Of a stretch of DNA of 64,000 bases, positions 62,330 to 64,000 are shown in pieces (positions within the stretch are counted from its first letter, which is position 1; every line of letters starts with the position of its first letter). A program made the position numbers and the translations under genes. The notes beneath the pieces were generated by a model. It did not search any database, was not told where the DNA came from, and worked only from the letters and a program-made list of their open reading frames with translations. Source of the DNA: Hamiltosporidium tvaerminnensis FI-OER-3-3 (lineage: Eukaryota; Fungi; Microsporidia); the NCBI GenBank assembly GCA_022605425.2, contig JAKIMF020000001.1, positions 2,108,001 to 2,172,000 of the forward strand. Direction: 5' to 3'.

Positions 62330-62790
62330 ATAAATGACTGCTACCCCAACACTCCATCGGTAACCCCTGCGATACCTACGTCAAAGCCTTTCATCTACCA
62401 GGTGTGTAGAACCTAATTACTAGGCGAGGCAGTTGCCCGGAGTTCGTTAATGTCAGTTGCATGGAGTGTGATCGAAGGCCGAAGCCCCTCCCTGGGTTCC
62501 CCCAAGACTATCCAGCATTCTCACTTACTCTACACTTTCTGAACCCAATAAACTTCTAGCTAAGATATATTTCAGAGACTTACATGGGGTCCACCTAGAC
62601 AGTGCAATGTCATACCAACAGGTATAACCTGCTACTTAGCTCTCCCGGCTTTTAATGGTTTTTATTTTTATATCTCCCACGCACTAAGTCTTTTACCCAA
62701 GTAAGCAAGGCTAAGTTATCATGCTTCTACGTGGAAATTACCTACAATTCCGTCTGGGGTCTGCAATCTACTTAGATAAAAATTACAAAT
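62330..62790 (-). mobile_element. Relic of an R2-like RLE retroelement C-terminus (may extend to ~62980)
   Basis: Remnants FHVEA, EPREGLRPSITL (LRPD-like) and KGFDVGIAGVTDGVLG (cf. KGY.V...VGALG). Homologous to 39800-40270. Confidence 0.55.
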
Positions 62791-63537
62791 AAATTTGTAG
62801 AAAAAGTTTCTCTATTTCTTAGACCTCTCCTCTTTATAACAACTCCCATGAAACAACCGAAGATCTAGTGTGGTTTGATTCCCACCATAAATCCAAACAA
62901 GGATCCTCATACCAGTTTCCCATACTCGTTGCCAAGCAGAAAGTTTTTAATGTGGTTATCCCTCCCTCCAGTAGAGATTCACAAATATTTATTATTTATT
63001 TATAATGGACAAGTATAACAGAAGCATATACATGTAAAAATGATTATTAAAAACGTGATAGCATTAAAAGGGGAAAATATTTCGTTTTATTGTCTATCAA
63101 AATGATCAAAGCTCTAGCGATCGTAAAAGTTTGAATTTAGAAATTGATTTTATAATAAAAAAACAACACAGTTTTATAACTATATCCTTATTTTTACTTT
63201 AATAGTTTAAATTAAAAAAATAGAATAGAATTATTGGTTCGTGAATTACAAAATCAATAACTAGGGGAATGTGTGTATGATACATTAAAACAGATCTGTT
63301 TATTATCTAAAAATATTCAAAATAAATATGGCTATTTAATTTACAATCAAGTAAAAAACCAAGGAATAAATAATTATCTAAGATTTAATTATAAAAAAAT
63401 ATTTCGTAAAAATACACTTTTTATTATCAAAAAAAATAGAATCAAACATCGAAAAAATTTAAAAATTTATATTTTTATGTTCAACAAGAATCTAAACTAT
63501 TCAAATAAATAAATAAAATTAAAAATGCTTTGTTTAA

Positions 63538-64000
63538 TCAATAATCATCACCAATCGTTAGAATTTCTTTACCATGTTCTCCAATAAAAATTGTATGTTC
63601 AAATTGTGAAACAAATGAATTTTTAATATCCACCAATGGTGGATAACTGTCAATAGCTTTGAGCATAGCAAGCATTTTTACAGGAACCAACGAAGAATTT
63701 TGAGAAGGCATCAGATGATCGATATATCGCGGACAGAAAGGAAGAGTTGTAAGTTTTTTTTTAATAATTTCGTACACAGTCTTAACATTTTCATTTTTAA
63801 CTTGAATTTTTCTTGAAGGATTTAAAATATAATGTGAGCAGTTCTTTCCATTTACTACGTATCCTCCTCCTGTCGTAGCAAATGTCTCAATCGCGTAGAA
63901 AGTATTTTCTTTGACTTTTGTTTTATCTTTATTATCCACAGGTGGTATACTTATTCCTGCGTGTATTGTAAATTTTTCAATGGAATGGCCATTGAGATTT
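63538..64000 (-). CDS. MAP2: Methionine aminopeptidase 2, C-terminal part (gene runs off the window)
   Basis: NLNGHSI....IHAG.SIP upstream in frame, YAIETFATTG, TLPFCPRY, YPPL, SQFEHTI and GDDY*. Confidence 0.93.
   Translation of the reverse strand, partial: NLNGHSIEKFTIHAGISIPPVDNKDKTKVKENTFYAIETFATTGGGYVVNGKNCSHYILNPSRKIQVKNENVKTVYEIIKKKLTTLPFCPRYIDHLMPSQNSSLVPVKMLAMLKAIDSYPPLVDIKNSFVSQFEHTIFIGEHGKEILTIGDDY

Overview
Very AT-rich eukaryotic DNA. It is most consistent with a microsporidian with a large, transposon-rich genome (inferred from compact divergent genes, CCC-like motifs before start codons, MetAP2, an MscS channel and expanded LRR-type genes; Hamiltosporidium-like, not verified). 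About 12 protein genes: BRPF/Nto1-like, MscS, Ca2+-ATPase, RPS23, cap methyltransferase, RhoGAP, LRR-type protein, Faf1-like, cofilin, Rho, kinesin-14 and CBP80-like, plus a partial MetAP2. Also an LRR pseudogene, tRNA-Arg(TCG) and a possible RNase P/MRP-like RNA. Roughly a fifth of the window is one R4/Dong-like RLE non-LTR retrotransposon family: about 10 copies, including a near-intact copy, a full-length fossil and 5'-truncated copies with target-site duplications (TSDs). Relics of R2-like, RTE, Tc1, hAT and possibly Gypsy elements are also present. The top observation is a 71-nt spliceosomal intron in RPS23, missed by the ORF track, that is almost entirely a box C/D snoRNA resembling SNORD74/snR64. 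Box C starts at intron position 9 and box D directly abuts the branch point, suggesting a whole-intron snoRNA released by splicing and debranching. Family assignments rest on recalled motifs, not database searches, and boundaries of decayed elements are approximate.
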